Shown: piece by piece, positions 19,765-30,479 of the stretch | Position numbering within the stretch: position 1 is the first letter of the stretch | Layout: each line of letters begins with the position of its first letter | Assembly: GCA_016722565.1 (NCBI GenBank) | Contig: JADKIU010000007.1 | Coordinates: 303,679 to 367,678 of the forward strand | Length of the DNA: 64,000 nt | Reading direction: 5' to 3' | Source of the DNA: Bacteroidota bacterium | Lineage (GTDB): Bacteria > Bacteroidota > Bacteroidia > 2-12-FULL-35-15 | Notes under the pieces: model-generated | The model's input: only the letters and a program-made list of their open reading frames with translations | Databases searched by the model: none | Told to the model about the DNA's origin: nothing | Translations under genes and position numbers: made by a program

Positions 19765-19898
19765 CCTCACCCCATAATCCCCTCGCGATAAGAGAGGGGC
19801 GTTTGGTGAGAAGGGTATTAAAAATGAAAAGACAAAAAGTAAATAATTAATCAAATCAAAAAGTCCCTCTCCTTTGGAGAGGATTTAGGGTGAGGTCT

Positions 19899-21203
19899 AT
19901 GAACATTAACAAAAATAACTACGAAGCATTTTTCCTTGATTACCACGAAGGAAATCTTTCACCTCAACAGGTGGCTGACTTGTTATTGTTTGTTGAACAA
20001 CACCCCGAGCTTAGAGAAGAATTTGAAAGTTTTGAGAATGTTACTTTAGACGACTTATCAACTATTTCGTTTGATCAAAAATCTTCTTTGAAAAAAGAAA
20101 TCACACTAGAAAACAGAGAAGAGTACTTCATTCGAAGTATTGAAAACACCCTAACACCTGCTGAAAAAAATTTATTAGACGCATTTATAAAACAACATCC
20201 CCAGTTTTTAAAAGAGCTTGAATTATTTCAAAAAACAAGAGTGCCTGCTGACACAACTATCGTTTTTGAAAACAAAGAAGCATTACAAAAATCCACTGCA
20301 GATGATTTGTTAATTGCCTCCATGGAGGGTCTATTAACCAAGCAAGAAAACATCTTCTTAAATCAACAACTAGCTGTTGATGCAGAAATGCAACACAATT
20401 ACAGTTTGTACAAACAAACAAAATTGGTTGCCGACACCACCATCGTTTTTGAAAACAAAGAAGAATTAAAACGTGAAGAACGAAAAATTATTCCGTTCTA
20501 CTTTTATGTTGCCGCTGCCGCTTCCATTGCCTTGTTAATTGGAATGTTCTTCCTCTACAACAGCACCACACAAGAACAAACCTTTGCGGACAAAACAAAT
20601 GAAACAAAAACTGCTCCTGTTGAAAACAATAATTCAACCGCGGTAATAAAAAACATTCAGCCAATTGAAAATAATCCATCCATAAAAAATCAGATGGCTG
20701 CAACAACTTCATCGATTATTAAAAACAAACGCAACAACGACAGCATCGCTAAAACACCTGTTAATGTAAACGAACAACCCATTTTACCAATTGCAGTGAA
20801 CATCCCTGAGAACAAGAAAGAAATTGAACAAGAAAAAATATTATTGGCAAACAACGAGCAAACAAACAAACCAAACACTGCAACTGAACCAACAAACAAC
20901 GATGCCATTGCAAGTATCATTGGAAAATCAAAAACTATTGGTGCATCAACAGGTTACCTTTCATTGCGTGAATTAGCAACCGAAAAAATAAAAGAAAAAA
21001 CATTGGATGAAGAAACCCTTGCCATACAAAAGAAAAATGGTCGCGTTAAACGTTTCTCGGGTTGGGACTTCGCACAAATTGTTACGAGAGGTATCAGCAA
21101 AATGACCGGCAGAGATGTGGAAGTAAAACCAACCTACAGTGATGATGGTGATGTAACAGCTTATGCTTTAGGAAATGGCATTCAAATATCGAGAGGAAAA
21201 TAA
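19899..21203 (+). CDS. putative anti-sigma factor, single-pass membrane protein
   Basis: It sits immediately downstream of the ECF sigma gene. It has one transmembrane segment (IIPFYFYVAAAASIALLIGMFFLY) and an internal duplicated ADTTIVFENKE motif. The ATG at 19899 is in frame with track ORF 19890. Confidence 0.5.
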   Translation: MNINKNNYEAFFLDYHEGNLSPQQVADLLLFVEQHPELREEFESFENVTLDDLSTISFDQKSSLKKEITLENREEYFIRSIENTLTPAEKNLLDAFIKQHPQFLKELELFQKTRVPADTTIVFENKEALQKSTADDLLIASMEGLLTKQENIFLNQQLAVDAEMQHNYSLYKQTKLVADTTIVFENKEELKREERKIIPFYFYVAAAASIALLIGMFFLYNSTTQEQTFADKTNETKTAPVENNNSTAVIKNIQPIENNPSIKNQMAATTSSIIKNKRNNDSIAKTPVNVNEQPILPIAVNIPENKKEIEQEKILLANNEQTNKPNTATEPTNNDAIASIIGKSKTIGASTGYLSLRELATEKIKEKTLDEETLAIQKKNGRVKRFSGWDFAQIVTRGISKMTGRDVEVKPTYSDDGDVTAYALGNGIQISRGK

Positions 21204-21204
21204 G

Positions 21205-22782
21205 TTACAATTTGCTATCCGCACCCTTTGGATAATTCACCGTATAATGCAACCCTCTACTCTCTTTCCTTTTTCGCGCATGTTTGATAATGATGTAAGC
21301 AACATTGATAATGTTTCTTAACTCACATAATTTCGGAGAGATAATTGTTTTTAAATACAAGGCTTCATTCTCTTTGTACAAAATTTCCAAACGATCAAAA
21401 GCACGTTGCAAACGGATATCCGAACGTACAATTCCAACATAGTTGGTCATAATTGCTTGCACTTCTCTTAAACTTTGAATCAACAATACCATTTCCTCGG
21501 GATGTGCAGTTCCTTCTGCATCCCAATCAGGAATGGCTTCACAGAAATTTATTTTTTTTGCCTGCTCCACAGCATCCAACGCTGCACGATGTGAATACAC
21601 AACCGCTTCCAACAACGAATTGGATGCCAAACGATTTGCTCCATGCAAACCAGTTGAAGAACATTCACCTATGGCATACAAATGATGAATGTTACTGCGA
21701 CCATGTTGATCTACTTTTATTCCACCACACATATAATGTGCAGCCGGCACAACAGGAATAAAATCTTTGGTGATATCAATTCCCAATGTCAAACATTTCT
21801 GATAAATGTTAGGGAAATGCTTTATCAATTCTTCTTTGTCTAAATGACGGCAATCTAAATACACATAATCATCTCCTCGTGTTTTCATTTCATTATCAAT
21901 CGCACGTGCAACAATATCACGCGGGGCTAACGATTTGCGTGCATCGTATTTATGCATAAACTCTTTCCCGTCAATCGTTTTTAAAATTCCACCAAAACCA
22001 CGCACCGCTTCTGAAATTAAAAACGAAGGACTCTCTCCCGGATTATACAAAGATGTTGGATGAAACTGATAAAATTCCATTCCTTCTACTTGTCCTTTCG
22101 CCCGGTACACCATCGCTACACCATCACCGGTTGCTATGGTTGGATTGGTGGTAGTGCTGTATACATGTCCAGCTCCACCGGTTGCCATTAAAATGGTTTT
22201 CGCCAGAATGGTTTCAATTTTATTGGTTCGCAAATTTAATACATACGCTCCGTAACATTCAATATCAGGGGTGCGGCTGTTTACTTCTTTTCCTAAATGA
22301 TGTTGTGTTAATACATCAATCGCAAAATGATGATCTAAAATTTCGATGTTGGGATGTTGATGCACTGCCGCTAATAATGCACGTTCTATTTCATATCCGG
22401 TATTGTCCTTATGATGCAAAATACGATGTTCGGAATGCCCGCCTTCTTTCGCCAAATCATATTCACCACTTGCTGTTTTATCAAATTTAGCGCCCCAGGC
22501 AATCAATTCATTTACGCGGTCGGTAGATTCGGTAATCACCATGCGAACAATTTCTTCATCACAAATTCCATCACCGGCAATCAAGGTATCTTGTATGTGT
22601 TTTTCGTAGCTATCCGGACTATACATCACAGCCGCAATTCCTCCTTGGGCATACTTGGTGTTGCTCTCATCCTCATTGGCTTTGGTAATCATGCATACCT
22701 TTCCATGTTTCGCCACTTTCAGCGCATAACTTAATCCTGCAATACCAGAACCAATAATTAAGAAATCTATTTTTCTCTTCAT
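21205..22782 (-). CDS. nadB: L-aspartate oxidase
   Basis: The FAD-binding N-terminus reads DFLIIGSGIAGLSYAL. 525 aa, with the succinate dehydrogenase / fumarate reductase flavoprotein-like layout. Confidence 0.9.
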   Translation of the reverse strand: MKRKIDFLIIGSGIAGLSYALKVAKHGKVCMITKANEDESNTKYAQGGIAAVMYSPDSYEKHIQDTLIAGDGICDEEIVRMVITESTDRVNELIAWGAKFDKTASGEYDLAKEGGHSEHRILHHKDNTGYEIERALLAAVHQHPNIEILDHHFAIDVLTQHHLGKEVNSRTPDIECYGAYVLNLRTNKIETILAKTILMATGGAGHVYSTTTNPTIATGDGVAMVYRAKGQVEGMEFYQFHPTSLYNPGESPSFLISEAVRGFGGILKTIDGKEFMHKYDARKSLAPRDIVARAIDNEMKTRGDDYVYLDCRHLDKEELIKHFPNIYQKCLTLGIDITKDFIPVVPAAHYMCGGIKVDQHGRSNIHHLYAIGECSSTGLHGANRLASNSLLEAVVYSHRAALDAVEQAKKINFCEAIPDWDAEGTAHPEEMVLLIQSLREVQAIMTNYVGIVRSDIRLQRAFDRLEILYKENEALYLKTIISPKLCELRNIINVAYIIIKHARKRKESRGLHYTVNYPKGADSKL

Positions 22783-22847
22783 GAATCTTACAACACTTAC
22801 TTTTATGTACCTTTGTACTATTATAACACCTCAAAATTACTGAAAAG

Positions 22848-23471
22848 ATGGACACAATCGTTAAAAAGCCGATTATCATATATGCCGAAAGCACTCCCAA
22901 TCCTTCATCCATGAAGTTTGTTGCCAATCAATTGTTGGTACACGATGGTGCCACCGCACAATATCTAACAAAAGCCGAAACCAAAGGTTCTCCATTGGCA
23001 GCAAAACTATTTGAATTTCCTTTTGTAAAAGCAGTGTTTATGGCGGCCAATTTTGTAACCATCACAAAAATTGATGCCATTCAATGGGAAGAAGTCACAT
23101 TCGAGTTACGTGATTTTATTCGTGTGTATATTTCAGAAGGCCATCCTGTTATTACTGAATTACCAAAAACCGAAGTTGCGATTGACAATACATTCACAGA
23201 GAAAAAAGAAGTATTTACAGAACATGCTGCTCCAACAACAGAAGTAGAAGTAAAAATTGTTGAAGCACTGGAACAATATATTCGTCCGGCTGTTGAAGGC
23301 GATGGCGGAAGTATTACTTTCAAAAGTTTTATCGATGGGATTGTTACTGTTCAATTGCGCGGTGCATGCAGCGGTTGTCCGTCCTCTACGATAACACTAA
23401 AAGCAGGAATTGAAGGTTTATTAAAACGAATGATTCCTGAAGTGAAGGAAGTCGTTTCTGAAGCAGTTTAG
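22848..23471 (+). CDS. Nfu/NifU-family iron-sulfur cluster scaffold protein
   Basis: Has an N-terminal Nfu_N-like region and a C-terminal NifU motif (CSGCPSS). Confidence 0.7.
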   Translation: MDTIVKKPIIIYAESTPNPSSMKFVANQLLVHDGATAQYLTKAETKGSPLAAKLFEFPFVKAVFMAANFVTITKIDAIQWEEVTFELRDFIRVYISEGHPVITELPKTEVAIDNTFTEKKEVFTEHAAPTTEVEVKIVEALEQYIRPAVEGDGGSITFKSFIDGIVTVQLRGACSGCPSSTITLKAGIEGLLKRMIPEVKEVVSEAV

Positions 23472-23611
23472 ATTGGAAAATTGAAAGATTAGTTCCGAGT
23501 GAAGAAAAGAAAATATATCATTTTTAACAATAAAAAAAGTCGTCTAGAAATTTTCTAAACGACTTTTTAATTTTTCCCAAAGGGACTCCTTCGGAGCAAT
23601 GTTACAAATTT

Positions 23612-26119
23612 CTAATTTTTTATAATCTTTTTCGTAACTACATTATCACTTGTAATCACTTGCAAATAATAAATTCCGTTTGCAATTTCAGCGATGTTAA
23701 TATTTTTTGTGTTGATGCCCGGATTACCATCCATCTCTTCTGAATAGATTAATTGTCCGGTTACATTCATCACATTCATTTTTACTTGCTCCGATTTTTC
23801 CATTTGAAATTCCAATGTAAAATCGGTTGTTGCAGGATTTGGATAGACACTCAACAACAATGCATTTTCATTTTCTACAATTCCATAGTTATTGATATTG
23901 AACACTGCAGAAACGGTTGAACAACCCAATGCATTAAACACCTCTACATAATAATTTCCATTTCCGGTAAATTGGAAATTTTGAGTAGTAGCACCAACAA
24001 CAGGTGAACCATTGAAATACCATTGATAAGCAAAATAAGAAGGAGAACACATCAACGAATCGATGCCTTGCGTTAACGTTGGTAAACCAGGATTTCCAAT
24101 CACATAAATTGTAACAGAATCCGTATTGGTGCAACCACCGGTAGCTGTTCCAACAACCGTATACGTTGTTGTAACGGTTGGACCGGCAACAGGGTTTGCA
24201 ATGTTCGGATCACTTAATGAACCAGCAGGCGACCACACATAAGAAACACCACCTGTAGCCAATAAATTTGCGTTTGTACTCAAACAAGTACTGTCATTCG
24301 GACCTGCATTAATTGGTGGCAATGAAAACACAGTCACCGTTTGTGAAGCGGTTGCCGTACATCCTGTTCCGTTGGTGATGGTAACAGAATAAGTTCCGGA
24401 AGTAGAAACTGTAATTGACGCCAATGTATCGGATGCAGAAGTGCTCCACAAATAAGAAGTTCCTGCTGCAGAAGTTAAGGTAACAGAACCACCATTACAG
24501 AAAGAAGTAGGACCACTTGCGCTAATACTTGGTGAAGGAAGTGGAACCACATTCACAACAATCGTATCGTTATCCGTACAACCATTTGCGTTTGTAATTG
24601 CAACAATGTAGGTAGTTGTAACCGATGGATTCGCAATCGGGTTGGCGATATTTGTAAAATTTAATCCGGATGCTGGAGTCCACAAATAGCTTACAGCACC
24701 GGGTGCAGAAGCACTTAACTGAACAGAGCTACCATTACAGATGGTCGTGTCCACACCTGCATCCGATTTTAACTGACAATATTTAATCGTTTCATAATCT
24801 TCGTTAGAACCTAATCCACGGCTCATTCCGGCTATGAATACATTTCCGATAGCATCTACAGAAACAGCCGCTGCTTGATCGGCATTGTTACCCGTACCAT
24901 TGTATTTTGTTAACCATTCTTGTGCTCCTGTTGCATCATATTTAATCGTTAAATAATCGTTGTTTGCACCGGTAGTAAACGAATACCCGGTAATATAAAC
25001 ATTTCCGGAAGCATCCAGTGCAATAGCTTTTCCTTCATCGTATCCGTTGGACGGACCGTTATATCTGGCTGTCCATTGAGAAACCCCTGCATTATCATAT
25101 TTTATTGTAAATGCGTCTTCAGCGGTACTTCCTACACCAACACTTTTTCCTGTAACATATACATTTCCGGAAGCATCCAATGCAATTGCGTTGGCTCTGT
25201 CATAATCGTTTCCGGTTCCATTGTAACGTTGCTCCCATTGTTGAACACCTGCAGAGTTATACTTAACAGTTGCATAATCATAATCTGTCAACACCAATGT
25301 TTGACAATATCCGGTAACATAAACATTCCCGGAAGCATCTACAGCAATTGCGCGTGCTTCATCGTAGTTGGCACTCGGACTGTTATATTGGGAAGCCCAT
25401 TGCTGAGCACCTGCCAAATTGTATTTTACTGTAAGAAAATTAAAATCGTTTGCAGCACTTTGATAGGTATATCCTGCCACATAAGAATCACCGGTAACAG
25501 CATCTACATAAATAGAAAATCCGGCATCAATAGATGCTCCTCCACCTTCAAAACGATTAGCAAATTGTTGAACACCGGAAGAATTGTATCTCACTGTAGT
25601 CGCTGCACTATTAGAACCTGATCCATCACTTGTTCCGGTTACGAATACATTTCCTGCATTGTCTACTCCAACATCCCAAGCCTCATCGGTTGCCCCTGCA
25701 ACATTTGTGTAACGAGAAGCCCATTGTTGAACTCCGGCAGCATCGTATTTTACAGTTGCATAATCATACCCTGTTCCCGCACCACCATAACTCCAACCGG
25801 TAACATATACATTTCCTGAAGCATCCACAGTAATCGCATGAGCTTCATCCAAACTGTTACCTGGTCCGTTGTATTCCGTTCTCCACAATTGAGCACCTGC
25901 AGGATCATATTTAATGGTTACATAATCAAAGTTTCCGCTGGCACCAAGCCCTAATCCAGTCACATACACATTCCCTGCAGCATCCACAAACATATCCTCT
26001 GCCCTATCGATATTGCTTCCTGCACTGGTATAACGCGTTTGCCATTGAATATTAATCTGAGCTTTTGTAATAAAAGAAATGGCCCCGAAAATAAGAGTAG
26101 TAAGTAGAATTTTTTTCAT
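23612..26119 (-). CDS. T9SS cargo protein with SBBP beta-propeller repeats and Ig/PKD-like domains
   Basis: Repeated D(A/S)SGNVYVTG motifs typical of SBBP repeats, and a C-terminal type-A CTD (VYPNPATTDFTLE...GIYYLQVITSDNVVTKKIIKN). Confidence 0.75.
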   Translation of the reverse strand: MKKILLTTLIFGAISFITKAQINIQWQTRYTSAGSNIDRAEDMFVDAAGNVYVTGLGLGASGNFDYVTIKYDPAGAQLWRTEYNGPGNSLDEAHAITVDASGNVYVTGWSYGGAGTGYDYATVKYDAAGVQQWASRYTNVAGATDEAWDVGVDNAGNVFVTGTSDGSGSNSAATTVRYNSSGVQQFANRFEGGGASIDAGFSIYVDAVTGDSYVAGYTYQSAANDFNFLTVKYNLAGAQQWASQYNSPSANYDEARAIAVDASGNVYVTGYCQTLVLTDYDYATVKYNSAGVQQWEQRYNGTGNDYDRANAIALDASGNVYVTGKSVGVGSTAEDAFTIKYDNAGVSQWTARYNGPSNGYDEGKAIALDASGNVYITGYSFTTGANNDYLTIKYDATGAQEWLTKYNGTGNNADQAAAVSVDAIGNVFIAGMSRGLGSNEDYETIKYCQLKSDAGVDTTICNGSSVQLSASAPGAVSYLWTPASGLNFTNIANPIANPSVTTTYIVAITNANGCTDNDTIVVNVVPLPSPSISASGPTSFCNGGSVTLTSAAGTSYLWSTSASDTLASITVSTSGTYSVTITNGTGCTATASQTVTVFSLPPINAGPNDSTCLSTNANLLATGGVSYVWSPAGSLSDPNIANPVAGPTVTTTYTVVGTATGGCTNTDSVTIYVIGNPGLPTLTQGIDSLMCSPSYFAYQWYFNGSPVVGATTQNFQFTGNGNYYVEVFNALGCSTVSAVFNINNYGIVENENALLLSVYPNPATTDFTLEFQMEKSEQVKMNVMNVTGQLIYSEEMDGNPGINTKNINIAEIANGIYYLQVITSDNVVTKKIIKN

Positions 26120-26256
26120 GCTAAATGTGTCATAAGTTTAGTCAAAACTAAGCTTTTTTATCATTAATCTGACAATTTTGAAGATAAAAATTTGCCCGAA
26201 CAAAATTTTTATTACATTTACATTTCGTAATTGTATAACGACTAAACACTATTTGA

Positions 26257-29200
26257 ATGAAGAATAAATTACTTCTCCTAATTATTTTTGTCTTCCTTCT
26301 ACCATTTGTTTCAAATGCAACTCACGTTGTGGGTGGATCATTAACATATGAACAATTGGGTGGCTCTACTTACCGTGTTACACTAAAGCTTTACCGCGAT
26401 TGTAAACCAGGAAGTGCTGCGTTCCCTAACCCTGTTACTATTGAGGTGAGAAGAAACTGTGGTGGTACTGCATTACCGGATATTACAATTCCATTCCCGG
26501 GTGCATCCTTAGTACCTCCTAACATCGATACCTGCGCAGTAAATCCAGGCATCTGCTTAGAAGAAGCAATCTATACTCAAGTTGTTACAGGATTACCTCC
26601 AACTCCAGGTGGATACGATTTATATTTCCAATATTGTTGCAGAAACTCAACCCTACTAAATATTGTCGCTCCTTTATCTGCTGGTGAAACATGGTATGCG
26701 CATATTCCTGACAACGGAGTCGTAATTGCAAACAGCAGTCCGAAATGGGTAAACCCTCCTCCCGTATTTGTTTGTCAAGGAAACAACATGTTCGTTGATC
26801 ACAGTGCGACTGATTCTGATGGTGACTCATTAGTTTATTCGCTTTATACGCCTTTCGATGACAATGCAATTACCTATCCCGGTTGCGTTTGGTCTACTCC
26901 TTCAGTTACTTGGTCCAGCACCTATGGTGCCAACAATCCGCTCGATGCCGCCACCCCGTTTTCATTAACAGTCAGTCCTAGTGGTATCATCAACGGTGTC
27001 CCTCCTATTCTAGGTCAGTTTGTGGCCGGTGTGCGTTGCGAAGAATGGCGTAACGGAGTAAAAATCGGAGAGATTTTACGAGATTTCCAATTCAACGTTG
27101 TAAACTGCCCACCTCTTGCTGTCGCCAGCTTTAGCTCTGGTGGAGCATGTAACGGAACAACCATTACCTTTTCAAATACAACAACTCCTGCTGCCAATAC
27201 CTATTTATGGGATTTTGGTGATGGTTCACCAACTTCTACTGTTACCAGTCCGGTGCATACGTATCCTGGTTTAGGAAGTTATACAGCTGTTTTAATTATC
27301 AATGATGGAACGCCTTGTGCAGATACCATGACACAATTGGTAAACATCTCCTACGTGATCTCCGACTTTAGTCATAATGCACCCAACTGTATGGGCTTGC
27401 CAATTAGCTTCAATGATACCTCTTCAGTCGATCCGGGTAGTACCATCACCAGCTGGAATTGGAACTTCGGAGATTTCGGAACAAGTACCCTTCAAGACCC
27501 CACTCATATTTATGCTGCCGGTGGAACCTATAATGTTAGCTTAATTACAGTTACTGCTGCAGGATGCTCAGACACCATTACCTATCCGGTTACCATTCAA
27601 GGAAACCCGATTGCGAATGCCGGTGGTGATACCATCAGCTGTACCAACAACTCTACCATCACATTGGGTGGAACAGTGTTGAATGCAGGAGGCGGTATTT
27701 GGAGCGGTAGTGGTATATTCAACCCAACCGACAGCACATTAAACGCAACGTATACACCAACAGCTGCAGCTATCTTAGCAGGTGCTGATACATTGGAGTT
27801 GATTACCTATGCCAATGCTTTCTGCCCTGCAGATACAGATCAAGTTATTATTAGTTTTTATGCCGGACCAACTGCTACGGCCGGACCAGATTTGTTTGTA
27901 TGTAAAGACACCGCAAGTGTTCCAGTTTGTGCAACCATCACCGTTGCTTCCGGAGGTATTTGGGCAACAACAGGATCCGGAACATTTACAAGTCCGACAT
28001 CTTTATGTACCGATTACATCCCGAGCACAGCTGATACAACGGCAGGCACGGTGATGCTCTATCTTGCAACAACTGGAAACGGAAATTGTATCGCCTCGAG
28101 TGATACCGTTATTGTTACCTTCACAGGAACACCAATCGCTTTAATCACTTCAGCAGATAGCTCCTGCGCAAGCAATCCAATTAACTTGAATGCAAACGTT
28201 ACCACCGGAACTGGTATTTGGTCAACAACCGGAAGTGGTTCTTTCTCACCAAATGACACCACCATCAATGGGGTATATTTACCGAGCCCGACTGATGATC
28301 TTGCAGGAAACGTGACTTTAATCTTTACCTCTACCAACAATGGTGGTTGTCGCTCCAATGCAGACACCATCAATGTAACGTTGATTCCATCACCGGTGGC
28401 AGCCTTCTCAAGCATTAGTGCTTGTCCGCAAGACACCGTTTCCTTTACTGATGGTTCAACCACTGTAGGAACAATCGTTGCATGGAATTGGAACTTTGGC
28501 GATTCCGGAACAAGTACTTTGGAAGACCCAACACATATTTATGCAACAGGCGGACCATTCAACGTTTCGTTGATTGTTACTTCAAACAATGGTTGTGTGG
28601 ATACACTTAATCAAATTGTAAACGTATTCGAAAAACCGATTGCAAACTTTAATGCAAACGGAATTTGTTTGGATGACGGAACAGTATATACAGACATTTC
28701 AACAGTTGGGGGTGGAGCAACCATTGCTACTTGGAACTGGACCTATGGTGACGGAAGTACAAACGGAACGATTCAAAATCCTTCTCACAATTTCCCAACT
28801 GCCGGAACATACAATACGCAATTGATTGTAACCTCCTCTCAAGGATGTATCGATACGGTGGTTCAGTCGGTAGTGGTATTACCCGGACCAGCTGCCGTAT
28901 TTACTTCTGACGACTTTACAGGAAATGTCAATCAGCAAATCAACTTTACGGACCAATCCACCAATGGCGCCATTTCATGGTTCTGGGATTTTGGTGATAG
29001 CTCTTCCGATTCAACATCTACTTTACAAAATCCTTCTCACACCTATGGTGCCGGTGGATATTATGATGTTTGTTTAATTGTAACAGATGCAAACGGTTGT
29101 ACAGATACTACTTGCAGAACAGAAGTAATCTCCATGCCTCCGGATGTTCCAACAGGATTCAGTCCGAATGGTGATGGTGAAAACGACATCTTCTTTGTTT

Positions 29201-29427
29201 ATGGTGGTCCATTCAAAAAAATTGAATTCAGAATTTACAACAGCTGGGGTGAATTGATTTTTGAAAGCACCGATGCGACCGATTGTGGCGGACATACGTG
29301 TGTTGGTTGGGATGGTAAACGTAAAGGTATTGACCAAGCATTAGGCGTATATGTATACACCGTTATTGGAGTAACCGAAGACGATAAGGAACATAAAATT
29401 TCGGGTGACGTTACTTTACTTCGATAA
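26257..29427 (+). CDS. large PKD-repeat adhesin with a type-B T9SS CTD
   Basis: 1056 aa. N-terminus ATHVVGGSLTYEQLG. Several PKD units (WNWNFGD...THIYA.GG.YNVSL). The C-terminus (FSPNGDGENDIFF...WDGKRKG...GVYVYTV...GDVTLLR) matches TIGR04131. Confidence 0.8.
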   Translation: MKNKLLLLIIFVFLLPFVSNATHVVGGSLTYEQLGGSTYRVTLKLYRDCKPGSAAFPNPVTIEVRRNCGGTALPDITIPFPGASLVPPNIDTCAVNPGICLEEAIYTQVVTGLPPTPGGYDLYFQYCCRNSTLLNIVAPLSAGETWYAHIPDNGVVIANSSPKWVNPPPVFVCQGNNMFVDHSATDSDGDSLVYSLYTPFDDNAITYPGCVWSTPSVTWSSTYGANNPLDAATPFSLTVSPSGIINGVPPILGQFVAGVRCEEWRNGVKIGEILRDFQFNVVNCPPLAVASFSSGGACNGTTITFSNTTTPAANTYLWDFGDGSPTSTVTSPVHTYPGLGSYTAVLIINDGTPCADTMTQLVNISYVISDFSHNAPNCMGLPISFNDTSSVDPGSTITSWNWNFGDFGTSTLQDPTHIYAAGGTYNVSLITVTAAGCSDTITYPVTIQGNPIANAGGDTISCTNNSTITLGGTVLNAGGGIWSGSGIFNPTDSTLNATYTPTAAAILAGADTLELITYANAFCPADTDQVIISFYAGPTATAGPDLFVCKDTASVPVCATITVASGGIWATTGSGTFTSPTSLCTDYIPSTADTTAGTVMLYLATTGNGNCIASSDTVIVTFTGTPIALITSADSSCASNPINLNANVTTGTGIWSTTGSGSFSPNDTTINGVYLPSPTDDLAGNVTLIFTSTNNGGCRSNADTINVTLIPSPVAAFSSISACPQDTVSFTDGSTTVGTIVAWNWNFGDSGTSTLEDPTHIYATGGPFNVSLIVTSNNGCVDTLNQIVNVFEKPIANFNANGICLDDGTVYTDISTVGGGATIATWNWTYGDGSTNGTIQNPSHNFPTAGTYNTQLIVTSSQGCIDTVVQSVVVLPGPAAVFTSDDFTGNVNQQINFTDQSTNGAISWFWDFGDSSSDSTSTLQNPSHTYGAGGYYDVCLIVTDANGCTDTTCRTEVISMPPDVPTGFSPNGDGENDIFFVYGGPFKKIEFRIYNSWGELIFESTDATDCGGHTCVGWDGKRKGIDQALGVYVYTVIGVTEDDKEHKISGDVTLLR

Positions 29428-29451
29428 TACATTAGGTTGAGAAGAATTAAT

Positions 29452-30477
29452 ATGAAACATATTTTACATACTCCATTTTTAAAGTCGATGAATAAATCAC
29501 TACTCGCGATGGTGCTTTTACTTGTTGTAAAAGTAGCCTCAGCTCAAGATTTTCACTTGTCGCAATACGATGCTCCTCCTATGTTTCTCAATCCTGCAAT
29601 GACAGGAATGTTTGACGGGAAATATCGTATACACGGACATTACCGTACACAGTGGATGGCCGTTGCAACAAAACCATATACCACTGCCGGATTGTCTTTC
29701 GACATGCCTGTAAAAAAATTCGGTATCGGATTACAAGTTTTTAATTACCGTGCCGGTGCAGGAAATTACAATGCATTAAGTGCATTGCTTTCTGTTGGCT
29801 ACGATGTTGTTTTCGATAAAAAGAAAAACCATCACTTAGCATTAGGTGTTCAAGGTGGTATTGTAAACAAAGCAGTAGACCAAAGTAAATTGTCTTTCGG
29901 AAATCAATACACTACCGCAAATGATGGTGGCTTTGATGCTTCTATCGCAAGCGGTGAAACATTTGCCAACTCCAACTTTACGATTCACGATATCAACGCT
30001 GGTTTCTTGTATTATTATGCAAAAGAAAATTCACGCATTAATCCATTCATCGGTTTTTCTGCATTCCATTTAACACAGCCTACCGAATCATTCTTTGATA
30101 AAGAAAACAAATTACCATTGCGCTATTATGCACATGGTGGTGTGAAAGTTAACATCAATGAAAAAATTCAGTTGTTGCCAAAGTTCATTTATATGAAACA
30201 AATCAACGACCAGGAATTAACGGCTACTTTGTTGTTGCATTACTTCCTAAAAGATTCAGAAACGTATTTGATCTTCGGACCAACGTATCGTAATAAAGAT
30301 GCAGCCATTATTGAAGCAGGTTTAAAGAAAGGTAGTTATACCGCTCGTATCAGCTACGATATCAACACCTCTTCATTGCAACAGGTTTCGAACAAACGCG
30401 GAGGTTTTGAAATTTCTTTAACCTATGTTGCCCGCAGAAGCAAACCGAACCCTTTAGCAAACTGTCCAAGATTGTAG
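29452..30477 (+). CDS. PorP/SprF-family T9SS membrane protein
   Basis: The ATG lies 25 nt after the adhesin stop. It carries the signature AQDFHLSQYDAPPMFLNPAMTG and the beta-barrel-like composition of the TIGR03519 family. Confidence 0.8.
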   Translation: MKHILHTPFLKSMNKSLLAMVLLLVVKVASAQDFHLSQYDAPPMFLNPAMTGMFDGKYRIHGHYRTQWMAVATKPYTTAGLSFDMPVKKFGIGLQVFNYRAGAGNYNALSALLSVGYDVVFDKKKNHHLALGVQGGIVNKAVDQSKLSFGNQYTTANDGGFDASIASGETFANSNFTIHDINAGFLYYYAKENSRINPFIGFSAFHLTQPTESFFDKENKLPLRYYAHGGVKVNINEKIQLLPKFIYMKQINDQELTATLLLHYFLKDSETYLIFGPTYRNKDAAIIEAGLKKGSYTARISYDINTSSLQQVSNKRGGFEISLTYVARRSKPNPLANCPRL

Positions 30478-30479
30478 TT

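Noticed and set aside
25076-25621. Plus-strand ORF of 181 aa
   Set aside because: It is antisense to the SBBP-repeat cargo gene. Its Cys/Ile-rich composition comes from the complement of repeat-encoding DNA.
28059-28463. Minus-strand ORF of 134 aa
   Set aside because: It is antisense within the 1056-aa PKD adhesin gene and has no independent support.
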